From NCBI GenBank assembly GCA_949358305.1, contig OX442314.1, positions 6,262,001 through 6,326,000 on the forward strand: a stretch of 64,000 nt of DNA, written 5' to 3'. Positions 34,680-49,200 of this stretch are shown one piece after another; positions within the stretch are counted from its first letter, which is position 1; each line of letters opens with the position of its first letter. Below the pieces are notes generated by a model. The model did no database searches, was not told the origin of the DNA, and was given only the letters and a program-made list of their open reading frames with translations. The stretch comes from Strigamia acuminata. Its lineage: Eukaryota. The position numbers and the translations under genes were made by a program.

Positions 34680-37600
34680 ATGCGCTATTATTATGTTCCG
34701 AGAAGAAATGGACGGGGAGTGAGAAAACTTCGTCTGAAAATACGTCAATTAATGAAAGATGATGCAAGTCGACCGATGTGCAATTTAATTGGTTTGGATG
34801 ATTTCGTAAATAGCGGAATTAACTGTGGCAAAAGGCAAGTCTTTTGGCTACTTTTATTCTCATTTTGCACGTGCATGCTGACTTATCAGACGTACGACAG
34901 AACAATGCATTACTTAAGTTATCCTACTGCGGTTGATGTGACGAGTAGATCGGAAGACGTAGTTTTACCCAACTTGTTGATCTGTGGTGGCAACACAAAG
35001 GAAATGGCTAAGCTTTGGAACAAAACTCAGCCAAAAGTTAAGCCTAGTAAAGAAGAATTCTTGAAATGCGCAAACATGGTGAAAACTTTGTCAAAAAAGC
35101 CAACCTACAATGTGGAAGAACTTTGGAAAGCGACCAATATGTCTAAAAACATAGTCCGCGTGGAAATGAAAGTAAAAGGAACAATTTGTTAATTTTATTT
35201 TGTTTTTAATTACTTGTATAGTAATTTCTTTTCTTATAGGGATATTCGGACAAAAGTGTTATTCAGACAGAAATTAACCATCCATTAGGAATGTGTTTAG
35301 CATTTCAATTCCGTAAATTAATTATTATCACTAGTGAAAAATAAATGGCAAATAAAATATTTTATAATTGGTCAGATAAGAATTCCAGTCGATCGTTCGT
35401 AGGAAAATTGCTGACCGTAGATATTGAAAAAACTGACAATGAAATTTGCTCTGACTCTCCTTACTATGTAATCGTAATTTAACCCTAGCAGCCCCAACCT
35501 AAAAAAAAATCCCTACTCACCCAACCCGGGTCATTTTTGACCCCAACAAAGATGGCCGCCGCAGCACATGAACGCGTGGAGCGTCCAACTTCATTCCATT
35601 AATTTTATGTTTATTTTGATTCTGATTGTAGTTTTTTTGTTGTTTTTGGATTTAGTGTGTTTAGATCATTAGAAATAGGGTTTGAAGATAAGGGTAAGTG
35701 GCAAAAATACCACAGTACGGTATACCGTAATCACGGCCATAATACCGACGGTACCGATCAGGCGGCCATGCACAAATTCGTCCTTGCGACGTAACGGAAA
35801 AAAACAAGTTTAGACCAAAAAATGACATTTTAGATTTAAAAATTGGCATTTTGGACCAAAAAAATTATGTTATTAGCCCAAAATCGATGTTATTAACCCA
35901 AAATTTTTTTTTAAAAATTATCAGTTCGTACATTTTTTTTATTGTTGCAAGTGACGAAAAAGCAAAATACGAAAAAAATCAGAAAAAAATACATTTATTT
36001 TGATAGAAAAAAAAATAAAAAACACTTTCTGGGGTCAAAATTGACCTTAGGTTGGGGTGGGGAGGGTTAATAAGTGCAAAACCATCCCCAAATCCCCATC
36101 CTAAATCCCAAACTTAATTATTTCTTTGGTCCATGTGTCTGTGTGTCTAATTATTTTTTTCTAATTTAGATTGTGTTGTCATCAAATGATTTTGAGAAAC
36201 AATTTAATTTCGTGACGTATAAATACCACAACACTAAGCCAAAAATAAATTTGAGTTTCAGCAAAGTAAACCTTGAATTTGAAAAGTTAAAATTTCTTGA
36301 AATGTTAATTCTGTTTAAATTTTCTCGCAGTACGTATTTCTCAATTCTTCAAAGTATCCATGCACCAGTGAGAGCGAATACAAAGAATGCTACAAAAGAT
36401 GTCTCTTAAAGAAATTAAGAAACACTCTGACCTGCAGGTAACCACTGTTTGTCTCAACTGGATTTAGTAGGAACTTGTGACCGGCTGCCCCTGCGCAGAT
36501 CACTTCCCTGCACGCCAGAATGTCCTTACGGCAGCTCCAAGCACTGCACGTTCGTCTGGCGCGGTGGAGCTGCGGACCATGGAAATGACCAGTGGGTCCA
36601 AATGACCATTCGGAAGTGGTGTGGGTCAATGGAGGGACCCACAAGTTGTTATTCCGACAGCAGAGCGAACTGTTGCATCCGACCACATGTGCAATGCTGT
36701 TTGCGAATCCGACTTGCAAGATCGGTGTGGTGAGTCTCTCGCCCTCCGGGACCTGAATGTTCAAGCGTGGTCACGTTCGGTAGACATTGCCCCTCAGTAA
36801 AGCCTCACCGACGTGACGGAGAAGGTGAAACCGACCACGGGTGTCAGAAAGACTCAATCGCTACACGCAGGCTGAGGGAAATGCATCTAAGACACTTAAA
36901 TCCCCTAGACCAGGGGTTCTCAAACTTTTTAGCATTGCGACCCATTTTTAAGTAAGGCGATCTTCCGCGCCCCACTTCATCATCGATGCATTAAATTTTT
37001 TCAATATGAACTATTAGTAACATAGGTTGTTACTATTTTTTTTTCCTACAAAATTCATCGCTTTGGGGAATTACAATAGCTACAAACTTCCACTTTTGGA
37101 AGTTTTGACTGGTTTCTGCTGGTTTTTGGAGAATTTTGGGTGGTTTATGTAGATTTTGAGAGATTTTTGTGAAAACCGACACGATTTTACACGTTTTAAT
37201 TATTATTGCCATTGTTTATTTGTTTTTTTTATAATAATGTGAAATTTTGATATATTGTTGATTTTAATTGTTCATTGGTTGTTGTAATAATTTGATTTTG
37301 ATGAGTTATTAATTTTGATTACACTTTATTTTAATTCCTTTGAAATTGTATTTTGTTCTTTTAGGAGTGATTAATTCACCTTGAACCGTTTTTCTCTCTC
37401 TTCCTAGAACTCTCCTAATTGCCAATGTGCCATCAATTATCTCGTGCTCCCCTTTTGGAGCTCGTCATTGCTTGTCCATGCGCTTTACCTTTTAGCATGG
37501 ACTTTTTAGTCATTTCACCTTTTTATTTTAATTGTCGTGTTTTACATAGAATAAACTTCGTCTTGAAGAAGTTTTGAACCAACAAGTCGACTTTTTTATT

Positions 37601-40421
37601 TCTCAAAATCTACATTATAATTTGAAGTCATTATTGTTATTCAGGGAACTAATTATCCGCAATACCTTATTGCATTTCAAAATTTTTGTGAGGTTAATGT
37701 GAAGATTTTAGAAGATCTTTGTCTAGCCTGTTGTGTATTGCAACCAACTACAGGCAGTAAGTTGGAATTGGAATTGGCAAAAAATTTAAAAAAAAATTGA
37801 ACAAAATAAATTTGGGCGACAAAGGTATTGAACGTTGTTGCACCCCACCAAAAATCAGCCCGCGCCCTACACATGACGTGGCCGGTTAAACATACCATTC
37901 TGCCGTACTCACCTGTACGGCCCATGCAACCGCTCATGGAGGCTGTAGTGGATCTATCATCACACTACTGAGTGTTGCAGTGGTGAATGGGGAGGAGAGC
38001 AGGGTCAGCACAGGGCACAACTACCATTGCTGGCTTCAAAACCTTTCTTCACACACCTGTATCGGTTGAGACCCAGCATCCTTCTCTCTCTGTCTCTCTC
38101 CCTCCACACCCCACACCACTCAGCTCCCTCTTTCCTATACTGGGTCATACCACTCTGCGAAGAGGGATGACCTTAGGAGCATTGGACGGCGGGTGGCAGT
38201 GACGCTGGTCATCCGTGGGTGGCCAAGCGGTCACAAGCTATAACAATAACCAGAACTCATGTATTTCTGGGTAAATCTTATACAAGTAGTGTGTGTCGCG
38301 TCAAGCGCCTAATGGTTCTCCCCTTGACCACATTGTATCCGTCTGAACACTCACAAACTGGCGCATCACCACTCAATTTGATACTAAATTTCTTTGCAGA
38401 TTTCCATTTATTGATATGAAGATAAATTTACCACTTTGTCAAGGTTCAAATACCACACACAAACAATACGGTGTGGCAAATGGATTAATTGAGAACACTG
38501 ATCCAATTGTTAATTGTTTATGCCACCGTCCATGTCACAAACTAATTTTCCAACCGTACATTGATAGAGAGGAAGAAAATGATGGAAAGATTATGTCTAC
38601 GTCTTTAGAAATAACCCATAAAGAAATCAATGTGTATGAAGAACGATGCACGTACGATGTTATTGCTTTACTCTCAGACTTAGGAGGCAATCTCGGCCTC
38701 TTTCTTGGTTTGTCCATAATCTCAATACCCGAAATCATTTGGTATGTGTATTGCATTCTATCAAAAATTTCTAAACATCGACCAGTTAATAAGATTCGTA
38801 CACTTTACGAGATCTGCAAGAAGAAATCAATTGCTAGCAATCAACAAATTAAAGCAAATGGACTCTTCGTAAAGCTCAAGTTAATACTGGTAATAATTAG
38901 TACAGGATTTACTTTATACTTGATGCAAATTCGTTTCAACTACTTCATTGATGAACCGGTAATAAGAGTCGTTAGTATAGTTCAACGTCGCATCACTGAA
39001 CTGCCCTCAGTGACTCTTTGTGGGGAAAAACAACATCCGTGGATGGATGAAGCTAGATTAAATTTGCTTAAACACTCGCACAAAACCTGCAGTGACATAC
39101 GGCCTTGGCAATTGTTCAGTAAGAAATTGTCAGTGGAAACAATATGGGATTCGTTGAACATCCATAGATATCTTAATGTTGAGGAAGACACAAGTGAGGT
39201 AAAACGGCTAAAGCACTTTTGTAAAATTTTTTTACAATTATTTTATATTTGTAGCACACGACTGGATATAAAGCAATGCAAATGGGTGTTACAAAAAGTC
39301 TTAATCCACTTCCTTTTGGCCATTGTTCACATGTAAAAGCAGGTAATTTATTCATTTAAGTTTCTGTAAGACACATCTTCAGCTTCTGTTCTGTGCGCTG
39401 GTTTTGTCTGTATTTGTGCTCATGCAATTGGGAGCTTGTGGTATTTGCCACTGTAAGGTTTCATGTTACAACAGGTCTTGTCTGAATGAAAGTTAAAACC
39501 TAACTATGAACGTTCTAATTTTTTAGACACGTCAACTCTGTTAACAGCTAAAATTGTCATCACTTTAGAATGGCTTTTTCCTCCAACTCCAGAAGTATGT
39601 GACCAGCATCTATGGGTACGACACAACCATTAGCACACCTGTGAACATAAAAGTTCTTACAATTTTTGTAGTTTGAATGTATAATCACTCAATAACTTTT
39701 AGTTTTACCTGAGCAATCCTGATGAGGAAATTAACATTTTGGCACCATCGATGGCAAAGTATGGATATATGAATTCAGTAATGCTTCAAACATTTAAGGT
39801 AGCAAACGTAAATCAAATAATAATTAGTAGTGAATCAATTTTCGAAAATAGATTGTACGAAGAGACACAAAGCATAATCCATGTGAAAGAAACAACAGTG
39901 CCTATGTAGAGTGTCAAAATGCATGCATTCAAAACAATTTATATCGCACGATCGACTGCAGGTACTCGTTGTCTCTCTTTGACCTATTCTTGCAACATTA
40001 CGTTCAAACATCTTATTGTTTTAGATTGCCTTATATGTCAGCACCAAATTTGTTACTTTGCAACACGACGGAAGACATCTCTTCAGCACATTCCACATAT
40101 TTAAACAACTATAATTCAAATCAAAAACGGTGCAAATGCAAACCCCCATGCGAAAAAATATTTTACCGAGCTCCTATGCATGAAATACAAATGAACTATG
40201 ATTTCTTCACAGTTCTGGAATTGAAATTTGCTGACAGTTTTATAGAGAGTACTGAAGAGAAACAAAAATATCCAATATCTCAATTATTAAGTGATGTTGG
40301 CAGCATTTTAGGATTAGCGTTGGGAATGTCGTTGCTCTCTTTTTACATTTGCATTTTAAACAGTTACAATTGGTTTCGAAATCAAAAAGTAACCAAATTT
40401 ATTAAAACTGTTTCTGCCTGA
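34680..40421 (+). CDS. DEG/ENaC-like gene 2, tandem two-subunit protein, 812 aa by manual splicing; exons 34680-35171, 35240-35312, 35376-35467, 36170-36265, 36331-36437, 38400-39198, 39255-39342, 39527-39615, 39703-39798, 39852-39961, 40025-40421
   Basis: All introns GT-AG, frame stays open; two TM1 segments, two GxC motifs, two CxCxxPC, two TM2 motifs (LSDLGGNLGLFLGLS; LSDVGSILGLALGMS). Confidence 0.88.
35483..36066. mobile_element. piggyBac-like MITE in intron 3 of gene 2
   Basis: TTAA|CCCT..CCCCAACCTAA ... TTAGGTTGGGG..AGGG|TTAA. Confidence 0.78.
36476..38235 (-). repeat. LTR-like repeat, family C copy 2, apparently interrupted by a hAT-like insert from 36911
   Basis: TGTGACCG...CGGTCACA termini; 37860-38235 similar to 22074-22570; CAGGGGTTCTCAAACT hAT-like end at 36911; left boundary uncertain. 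Confidence 0.55.
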
Positions 40422-41033
40422 AAGAATTGTTTAAAACCACTGTGTGCACCTATGGCAATAAATTTAATCGATTTTAGCACCATCTGGCGTACATTTTAAA
40501 CAATTTCAAATTGTAATGTCAAAATAAAACAAAACTTAGCAACAATTCAGATGCATGGTGAATTTACATCCCCTAGTCACATAGTCTGGTTTGGCACACG
40601 ACAAGCTAGACTAAATAAAAAATACAAATATTCTTTAGTGGTGATAGTTTTGTTGATAATCGAAATGAGAGGATTGCTTCGGATAAAGTTGATATAAAAG
40701 ATTTATTCACGTGAGATGCATGAACTCGAATCGCACGTTCGTGTAACGTGGCAGGAAGACCCCTCGTCACATGATTGGTCAGTCCGAATACAATTAACTC
40801 TCCCTGGCGGTGGGAGACCCTCATTCGGGTTTTAGCAATACGCATTGTCAGGTGACACAAAATAACATCACACACCTTCTTCACCTGATCAATGTGTAAA
40901 AACAAAAAGACAAAACCCATAAATGGCAAACCCAAAAACAAAATGCAAGTAAAATCAAAAACACACTAGTATTGCTGAAAATCTAAGAGATTAATAATAT
41001 ACTATTATTTTAAAACATATGACACTTGAAAAA

Positions 41034-42730
41034 TTAATCTAGTCCGCACAATTTAGAGCACCAGCACTGCTTCTGCAGCATGTCTGCGACCATCTTGTCG
41101 GTTCCCGCGTGCAGTAGCTCCTCTTCTCCATTTTCGACTTCATCCTTTATGAAACAATAACGTAAATTAATGTGCTTCAAACGCTGATGTTGCGCCAGTC
41201 CTCGCGCCAACATTTTGGCCGATTCGCTGTCGGTGTACAGTCTCGCAGCGACCCCCATCAGCTCGCTCAGCCCCAGCTCTTCCAGAAACTTCTTGAGCCA
41301 AAGTCCCTCTTTTACCGCCTCGCTAATGTCGATGAATTCGGATTCGCAGCTCGACATCCCGACACACGTCTGTTTCGATGATTTCCACACTATTCCGGCC
41401 CCTGAAAGTAAGAAAATAAATCTAGTTGTCGATTTTGCATCCTCAGTGTTGCAGTTCCAGCTCGCGTCCACGTATCCCGTCATCTGATCCTCGTTTCGCA
41501 TGAATCGCAACTTCTTTCCCTTCGTCCCTTTCAAGTAGCGCAAAATTCTTTTTCCATCTACCAATGAGACAAACCATGGCTGTGGTTGTATCTGCACAAG
41601 TAATGCGTTGCGTACGCAATGTCGGGCCTTGTTCCTTGTACGAGTTACATCAACGACCCCATCAGGCTCTGGTACTGCACCTCCTTGTTTGAGACTGTAG
41701 ATGGCTTTCAGAAGCTCGCACACCCATTTTTCTCGGTCAAGTTCCTCGTTCCCTGGTGGCTGCTCCATATACACCTTCTCAAGCAGTTTCCCGTGCAGGT
41801 ACGCCATTTTATGTCGTACTGTCGTATTCGTCATTTCATATAGACAGTGATGGCTAGAAGTAGTCGAAGGCTCGCGAGTCGCATCACTGGCGAATAAGTC
41901 TCCTCGTAATCCAGTCCCGGTCGTTGCCCGCATCCGACAGCTACCAATCTTGCTTTGTATCGCTCGATTTTGTCTTGCTGATTCTTTTTAATTTTGAAGA
42001 CCCACCTGGACTTCAGCACATTGATTGCAGCAGCTCATTTCACCAACCTCCACGTTTTGAATTGTTTGTGTGATTTTAGCTCGTCCTTGATGGCGTCTTC
42101 CTATTTCTTGTGCTCTGGAGACTCTCGTGCTTGGACCACGGTGTTCGGTTCGACGTGCTTCACGCTGTTGCCGTACGTTGCTCCTCTTGGTCGCACCACT
42201 AGCCAGTCTGGCTTCCTCTTGGTTTGCTTTGATTTGCGAGTTGGCATGTTTTTGTCTGCCTCTTCGTTGTCTCCGTCTCCGTTTCCGTTCATATATTCTT
42301 CTTCGTCGGTGGCATCGTCGTTCGTCTCGTTTGGCTCTGAGTTGTGTGTTGTCTGATCCCCAGTCTCTTGCTCGGCATTGTATGGCGACACAAAATTCGA
42401 ACCATGAGGTGAAGTCAGCATTTCTTCGCCCGATCTCGCCTCGTTGAATTTCAAGTCGCGTGTCAGCTCTAGTTTCTCGATTTTCGGGTCGTAAACACGG
42501 TAGCCCTTTCGGTTAACGCAGCACCCCATGAAGATAACAGGTTTTGACTTCGCGTCCAGTTTGCTGCGTTTGGAGTTGTGGATCCACATCTGCGCAGCAC
42601 AACCAAAAATTCGAAAGTAGCCAATTTGCTGCTTCCGACCGCTCCAAAGTTCCTCTGGAATTTTGTTCCCGTTTCCTCTCGTCAAGCATCGGTTGCGCAC
42701 GTGTGCGGCCGTCGCAACTGCCTCACTTGC
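41034..42730 (-). pseudogene. Decayed Ty1/Copia pol (integrase C-terminus, RT, RNase H)
   Basis: PEELWSG..FGC..SKLD..GYRVYDP, RWVFKIK..YKARLVA, YSLKQG, GYVDASW, SSCESEF, KHINLRY; frameshifts, stop and internal deletion. Confidence 0.92.
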
Positions 42731-44272
42731 TCACTTGCTCCTGGCATTTGTGTCAATTGCATGGAAGATGTAATCGTATTTCTTTGCAAAATATTATAAA
42801 TGTTTCCTGGAAAAAAAATAAAATATCATGTCGTAAAAATTTGAAAGTACCATATTGATTATTGAAACACCGGAAATATAATTCATGAATGATTTATGTC
42901 CTTTTTAAGTACAAACAAAAAACATCGTAAAATTCACTAACTTGTTTAAACTTTCATTGTAAAAAAAGCAATAGCATTCAGAATGGGCATAAATTGCCAC
43001 CCCTGCAGTGGGGACATGCAATTCCACAGCATTTTATGCTTAATTTCCGTGTCTTGAAACATGAGCAGTGCAGGGCAGCAATTACAGCTTTTGAATGATC
43101 TCGTTTCCCACACGCACATGATGTGTGGCACACACACGTATGCAAACGTAAATTTCAAAAGCTACGACTGCCACCCCCACCCATGTATTTGCAGACACAG
43201 ACGACCGGTAATCATAAATAACCAAACGTTATTTTAGTTTTTGAATTTAAAACTCTAATTTTGCCATCCTCCAATTTCGGTTGCCTAAAATGATTAATTA
43301 ATCGCTAATATTCTACAAAATTGGAGAAGGCAAAAAATCTGAATCTGAAATTTTAAAAATAAATTAAAATTGATTTTTCTTAAATTGGTTATTTTAAGGC
43401 ACCAAAACTCAAATTTTCCAAGCCCTGACAGCGCTGAGCACCTAAAACTACCCTTTTGGTGTGAGGTTGAAGGTGGTGGCATCTTCACTGCTTGCCTCAC
43501 ATAAAAATTTACCAAGAAATGGCCACACAAATGGAATAGCAAAATTTCAATGAACCTGGTCAATAAATTGATCGACCAGGAAAGGCTGCATTCAGTAAAT
43601 TATAATGTATATACAAATAATGAATTAATTAATGAGAAAATGGTTGTTTTCTACACATAACAACATAGTTTCTGAGAATCTTACTGCTGACATGTGATTA
43701 ACCAAACAAGCCTGAAGAAACCATTCTACACAATAATTGTAGTTTATTTCCTCAGTGTTCTGTCACTCCCAACAGCGGAAAAGAATTATAATGTTTAAAA
43801 CCAGAATTTTACAAAAATGTCATTTTATATTTTCCAAATAGCAGTTCTTGAGACGCAAACTGCTGACATGTGATTAACAAACAAGACTGAAGAAACCATT
43901 GAAATAGTATTCATTAAACTTAATTGTAATGTTTAAAACGAGACTTTTACAGAGCTGTCATCTTATATTTTTATCTGATGGTAATAAGCTTTCCATGTTT
44001 TGGTTAATGTTGATGTCAGTTTTGCATTGCCGTATGATTAAGTTTTGGTACGAGTCGGGCCACCATTGGTCAGAGCAGTGGCATGACCCGAGTGCATAAA
44101 ACAAGATTTTTCCGGGTTTAGACACAACTTAACAAAAATACGAGTCAACTAGTTCCGCACCCGTCAGGCCTTATCTGCACATAAAGAAAAGAGTGACAGA
44201 AGACATACAATTTGGTAAGAGTTATTCAAGCCTGCAGAACTAACTGCAATATCAAATAATATTACTAAGAGC

Positions 44273-45717
44273 TGTTGCGTTCCTGGATTCCCAAAGTAAT
44301 AATAATAAATATAATTGCACCGAATATTAATCTAATTAATTAACTAATTCAATGCATAAGGTATTCAACCTGTGGAAGCAGTTGAATGCCATTGTTAGGT
44401 CTTCTATCGGGTTTGGCTGTTGTTTTTATGTCTAGGAGTAATAAGGTAATAAATGTAATAATAACAAGTAATTTTAAATGGATAAACAGTTTTATTAATG
44501 TTAAAATTAAGGAGTAACTTAATACGAATACAAAGGATAAATAAATGATTAAATGAATATTGCTAAAGTAAAACAAAGAAAGAAGAGGAAGGCGCGAGAA
44601 CAACGGAGTTGTTCGCGCGCGCGAAAACAATAAGTTTGGAAAATGGCGGCAACGGATCGCCGCGAAAATCGGGCGCGGAATCGTGAGACTTCGCGAGTTG
44701 ATTCGGCTGTGGAGCCAGAATCGTAGCCAGCTAGATAGCCAGGCCAAAGTGGAAAATACGAGGTGTGAACCCTCGAGTCAAAACGGGAAATTCTCCGTTG
44801 AAAACTCACGAATCCAACGGTCGTGGTTCGCACTGTCGAATCCGGTCTTCAGGTGTCCGCTTCTTCTCGGTAAATTATCGTCGTCGGCAGGTCGAGGGTC
44901 GAGGTTTCGTCAGCTTTCGTGCATCGTCCCTCGTCGTCTCGGCGGCTGGCTGGAGTCAATCTACAACGTCTATCGCTCGAATTACCGTCGTCGGGTGGTA
45001 GCGTCGAGGTTTCGTCGGCTTTCGCGCGTCGTCCCTCGTCTGAATGGCGTCTTCCAGGCGTCGGTCTACGATGGCGCGTGTACGTCTGTCTTCGGGCGGC
45101 GGCGGAAACAACGAGTGTTCGGTTCGTTGCACGTCGACTTCGTCGTCCGGGAAGGATTCACTTGATGCGTGTTGGCATCAAGCAAATCAGTTGAAACTTT
45201 ACAATATCTCACGAATCACGGACAAAACAGTGTTTTGGGTTTGAACAAAGCTGTGCCGGTGTGAACAGTGTGAGGAAGAGGCAAAGAGTGAGTAATAAAC
45301 GACTTTATTACTCAAAATTTGGCCGGAAAATCGGCCGAGTGCGCATGCTTGGCATGCACCTGGCACACTTCGTGCCCGGCAACGGTGCAAATTAGGAGCT
45401 GGCCATAGCAACCCCCCAAATTGGCAGTTAGGTTGCCATGGCAGTCCTACCGGCTTCTGTTTAACAGCCGAAAGCACTTGGCAATTGCAAATAAAATGAG
45501 TATTTTATTTGCACAAGCAAGCAAAAATATGTAATTATTTTAACAAATAATTCATTAAAAACACTAAAATAAATTGAATCCTTAAATTACCTATTTCTAG
45601 TATTTCAAAATAATTAAAGAGACTGTAAAACAATTTATTTAACACATTGAATAAATTGGATTATTAATTTCTTGTACTCCAAATATTCCAAATTAAGGGA
45701 CATTTGGGGTCACAACA
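44273..45717. mobile_element. Probable solo LTR (1445 bp) of another family
   Basis: TGTTGCG...CACAACA termini, 4-bp TSD GAGC, CpG-rich core, no recognisable protein. Confidence 0.7.
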
Positions 45718-46279
45718 GAGCTTGTTGAGTTTTGTCCTAATGCGAGTGTTGAACCCAAAGCCTTTTAGGGAAAAAAAGTAGCATTTTTCTTGATTTTCGT
45801 ATTCTGCTGTTATTCAGTTTCAAATTATTTCAAAATTCCGCGCTTATTCATTCCGTGGTAGATCAATTTAGTGAAAATGGGTACCGTGAATTAAAATTCA
45901 TTCCGCGCTAATTATGAAACCCCCAGCTGTTATCGTTATCAATCGACTTCATCATTTCCTACAATGTATGTAACTATAATCCCCTCTTTAAGCGATTCAT
46001 GTTTGTGTTGACACAAAGTACACTTTAAAAACTTAATTCGAGTTTGTTACTTGATAACCATTAAGTGAAGATGTCTGCAATGTTGATAAGACCAGGATGG
46101 CCATGATGTATGCGACGAAACGCAGTACGACACTGCCAGACTTTTACAGTTCGCCAGTGGATGATTTATACAACCAATGTTAAAAAAATAATGATGATGT
46201 TTCGTTTTTCAGTTTGGCCGTCCCTGCGCATGTTTACTCAAGCAAACAAATACTTTGATCAAACTCATTCAGTAACTCT

Positions 46280-49200
46280 ATGAGTATAAATAGTTCCAAA
46301 ATAATGGAGAAAGATAATTTGATGTGGAGATACAGAAGAGCGAAAAAACAACTGTGTCTGACAATTCACCAATTAATGAAGGATGATGCCAACAAACCCA
46401 ACTGCGATATAATTGGCTTGGAAGATTTCGTCAACAGTAGGAAACATTGTAGCAAACATCACATCTTTTGGCTGCTTTTATTCACATTCTGCACGTGCAT
46501 GCTCACATATCAGACATACGACAGAATAATGCATTACTTCAGTTATCCTACAGCTGTCGACGTAACGAGTAGAACAGAAAATGTTACTTTACCAGACTTA
46601 ATGGTCTGTAGTTCAGATACAAAGAAAATGAATAGGCTTTTGGAAGAAACTAGCATAGCTAATAAACAAACACCAATACCCATTTCATGCAGTAATGAGC
46701 TTGAAACACTAATGACAATTAAAAACCCAACTTACGATATGGATACACTTTGGAAAGCAACTAACAATACTGATGACATCGACAGTGTAAAAATGAAAGT
46801 AAAAATTGAAATTAAAAAAAAACAATAGAGAAATGCAGTTAAAAACCACAATTTAAACTACATTTGCATAGGGATATTCAAATACTACTGTTGTTCAGAC
46901 GGAAACTGACAGTGGATTAAGAATATGCACAACATTTCGATTTGGTAACTACAAACAAGCATTTATCAATACGTACCTACATTAAGGAGTTTCATTAAAT
47001 GAGCGATTAATTGATTACTTTGATTACTTTGATTAGTCGATTACTTTGTCACGTCTTAAACTCAAATTGGTGTTGAATTATGGTTGACTGATAATTTACG
47101 CAAGTGTTTAGTTCGCGCGAATGGGTCGCAGGCTCGCGAGATCGTTTGTAACAAAGCCGCCGGGCAATACGGATGGTTGGCGGTGAAACGTTCTCAACTC
47201 GCTGTTATTACAACTATATATTTTTTAACGACAGGTCACTTTACTTACAGTTGATGTTGTTTGTAAAAATAAACGTGCACCGGGTCAATCTTTAACATGG
47301 GTGAAGAATGATGGCCAGGCATGATAAAAAATAGGAAAGGCATTGGGTTTGCGCGAAAGGACTAGTTTCAGTATGAATGCGGTGTTTAGGTGCAAAGAAA
47401 GATAGGTTTGACATTCTCATTCCACTGGACCAGGGTTAAAGCTGGTTGACAGTTTAGATGGAAGAGGAGAAGTGATGTTTTAGTGGTCAGCAAAGCTATA
47501 AGTAACCTCTGATCAGGTGATCAGAGGGCCAAACTATTTGTGTGAATAATTATTTCTAAGAGGAGGGGAAAGTAGAATTAAATGTGATTGTTGGAAATAA
47601 ATGAGATGCGCAAGAAACTTCATGTGCATATATTGAGTCGCATCAATGAGTCATTTAGGTTAAATAAAATAGGAAATAATATAAAATGTTGGAAAAGTTT
47701 AATCAGTTAGAAAAAGAGAGGGGCAAGGTAAAAGAAACAACGTGATGCGCAAATAATTATTCGCGCACACTCAAAGTAGAACAACTTAAAAACACTAAAA
47801 TGAAAGAACAGAGAGAATAAGGTAGAAATAGTATAAATTAAGAAAAATTAAGATGAGATAAAAACCATGCCCGAGACAACTTAATGTGTCATGTGACTGG
47901 ATTCAACCAATCCCGAGAATAATCATTTCATCAAATAAGTAACTAAGCAACTAATCAAGTAATCACCCCAAAGCATGATTTTCTGCTGATTTGGGCCGAT
48001 TATAAGTGCTCTCTCATCTGAAACCAACATGGCGGCGCCAGACCCGCTTCAACTACACAAGGTCATAATATAACAAAGTCTGCTCAGTTTAGGTTAAATT
48101 GAACACATGAAACGAGTTAGGTAGTTGCAATTATTATTTGTAGGAACTTTTTTTAAACAATTGCAACGTTTTTAGGTTAGAATTTAAACAAATCCGCCTA
48201 TCGGAGCAATAATCACATAATCAGATTTTTGTTGGGCCCTCAATAATTGAGTGATTACGATTTTTGCAATAATCAACTAATCACAATAATCGCTCATTTA
48301 ATGAAACCCCTTATTGTTACACTAATATTATTCATTGACATAGCTGAAGCTTCTAGCAAATCATTTGTCGGAAAGTTACTGACAGTGAATTTTAAAAAAA
48401 ATTACGACTTCATATGCAATATGCCTTTCTATTGGGTAACTTAATTAGATTACAATAGCAACTGCTACATTAATTTTTTCCTCTTTGTTCTTAGTTTTAC
48501 CTGACATTCAATAATGTTGGAAATCACTTTCTTGTATCAGCGATGTTTCCTGGTTCAACGTCCAAAATAAATTTTAGTTATAACAAAGTAAAGTTTTACC
48601 AAAGGACTTGAAATTCCTGAGCAACACCTTTTAATGTTTTCAATTGTAGTTTATATTGCAAAATTCACCGATCAGTCCATGCTCTAACGAAGACGAATAC
48701 AGAGAATGCTATCGGAATTGCTTACTTAACCGATTTAAAAAGCTAAAATGCAGGTAAGAACAAGTGTTGAAAATGCTTCTTGTTTGGTATCACATTTAAA
48801 CAGCTAATTTAATATATTCTATACAAGATTTCCGTTCATGAAGTTCGATTTGCCACTTTGCAAATTAGCAAATGATGCATATCAGGTGTATTCTGGTGTT
48901 CTGAAATTGGTTAGATATGCAGAACCAATTGCCGATTGCCAATGTCGATGTCCATGTCAACATTTAACTTTTACACCATATACTGATTTAAGCATGCCTA
49001 ATAATAATAAAACAATGACTGTATCATTAGCAATAACTAATGAGAAAGTCACTGTTTATGAAGAACGGTACACTTATGATGTTATTGCCTTACTGTCAGA
49101 TTTAGGAGGCAATCTGGGCCTGTTTCTTGGACTATCCGTAATCTCACTACCTCACATCATTTGGTATTTATATTATGTTGCATCAAACATTCATCAAAAA

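Noticed and set aside
43683..43900. Short local duplications (also ~27003/~27676) and TA microsatellite near 28070
   Set aside because: Ordinary slippage products with no further structure
44349..45477. Overlapping Arg/Ser-rich ORFs
   Set aside because: CpG-rich core of a probable solo LTR; no recognisable motifs
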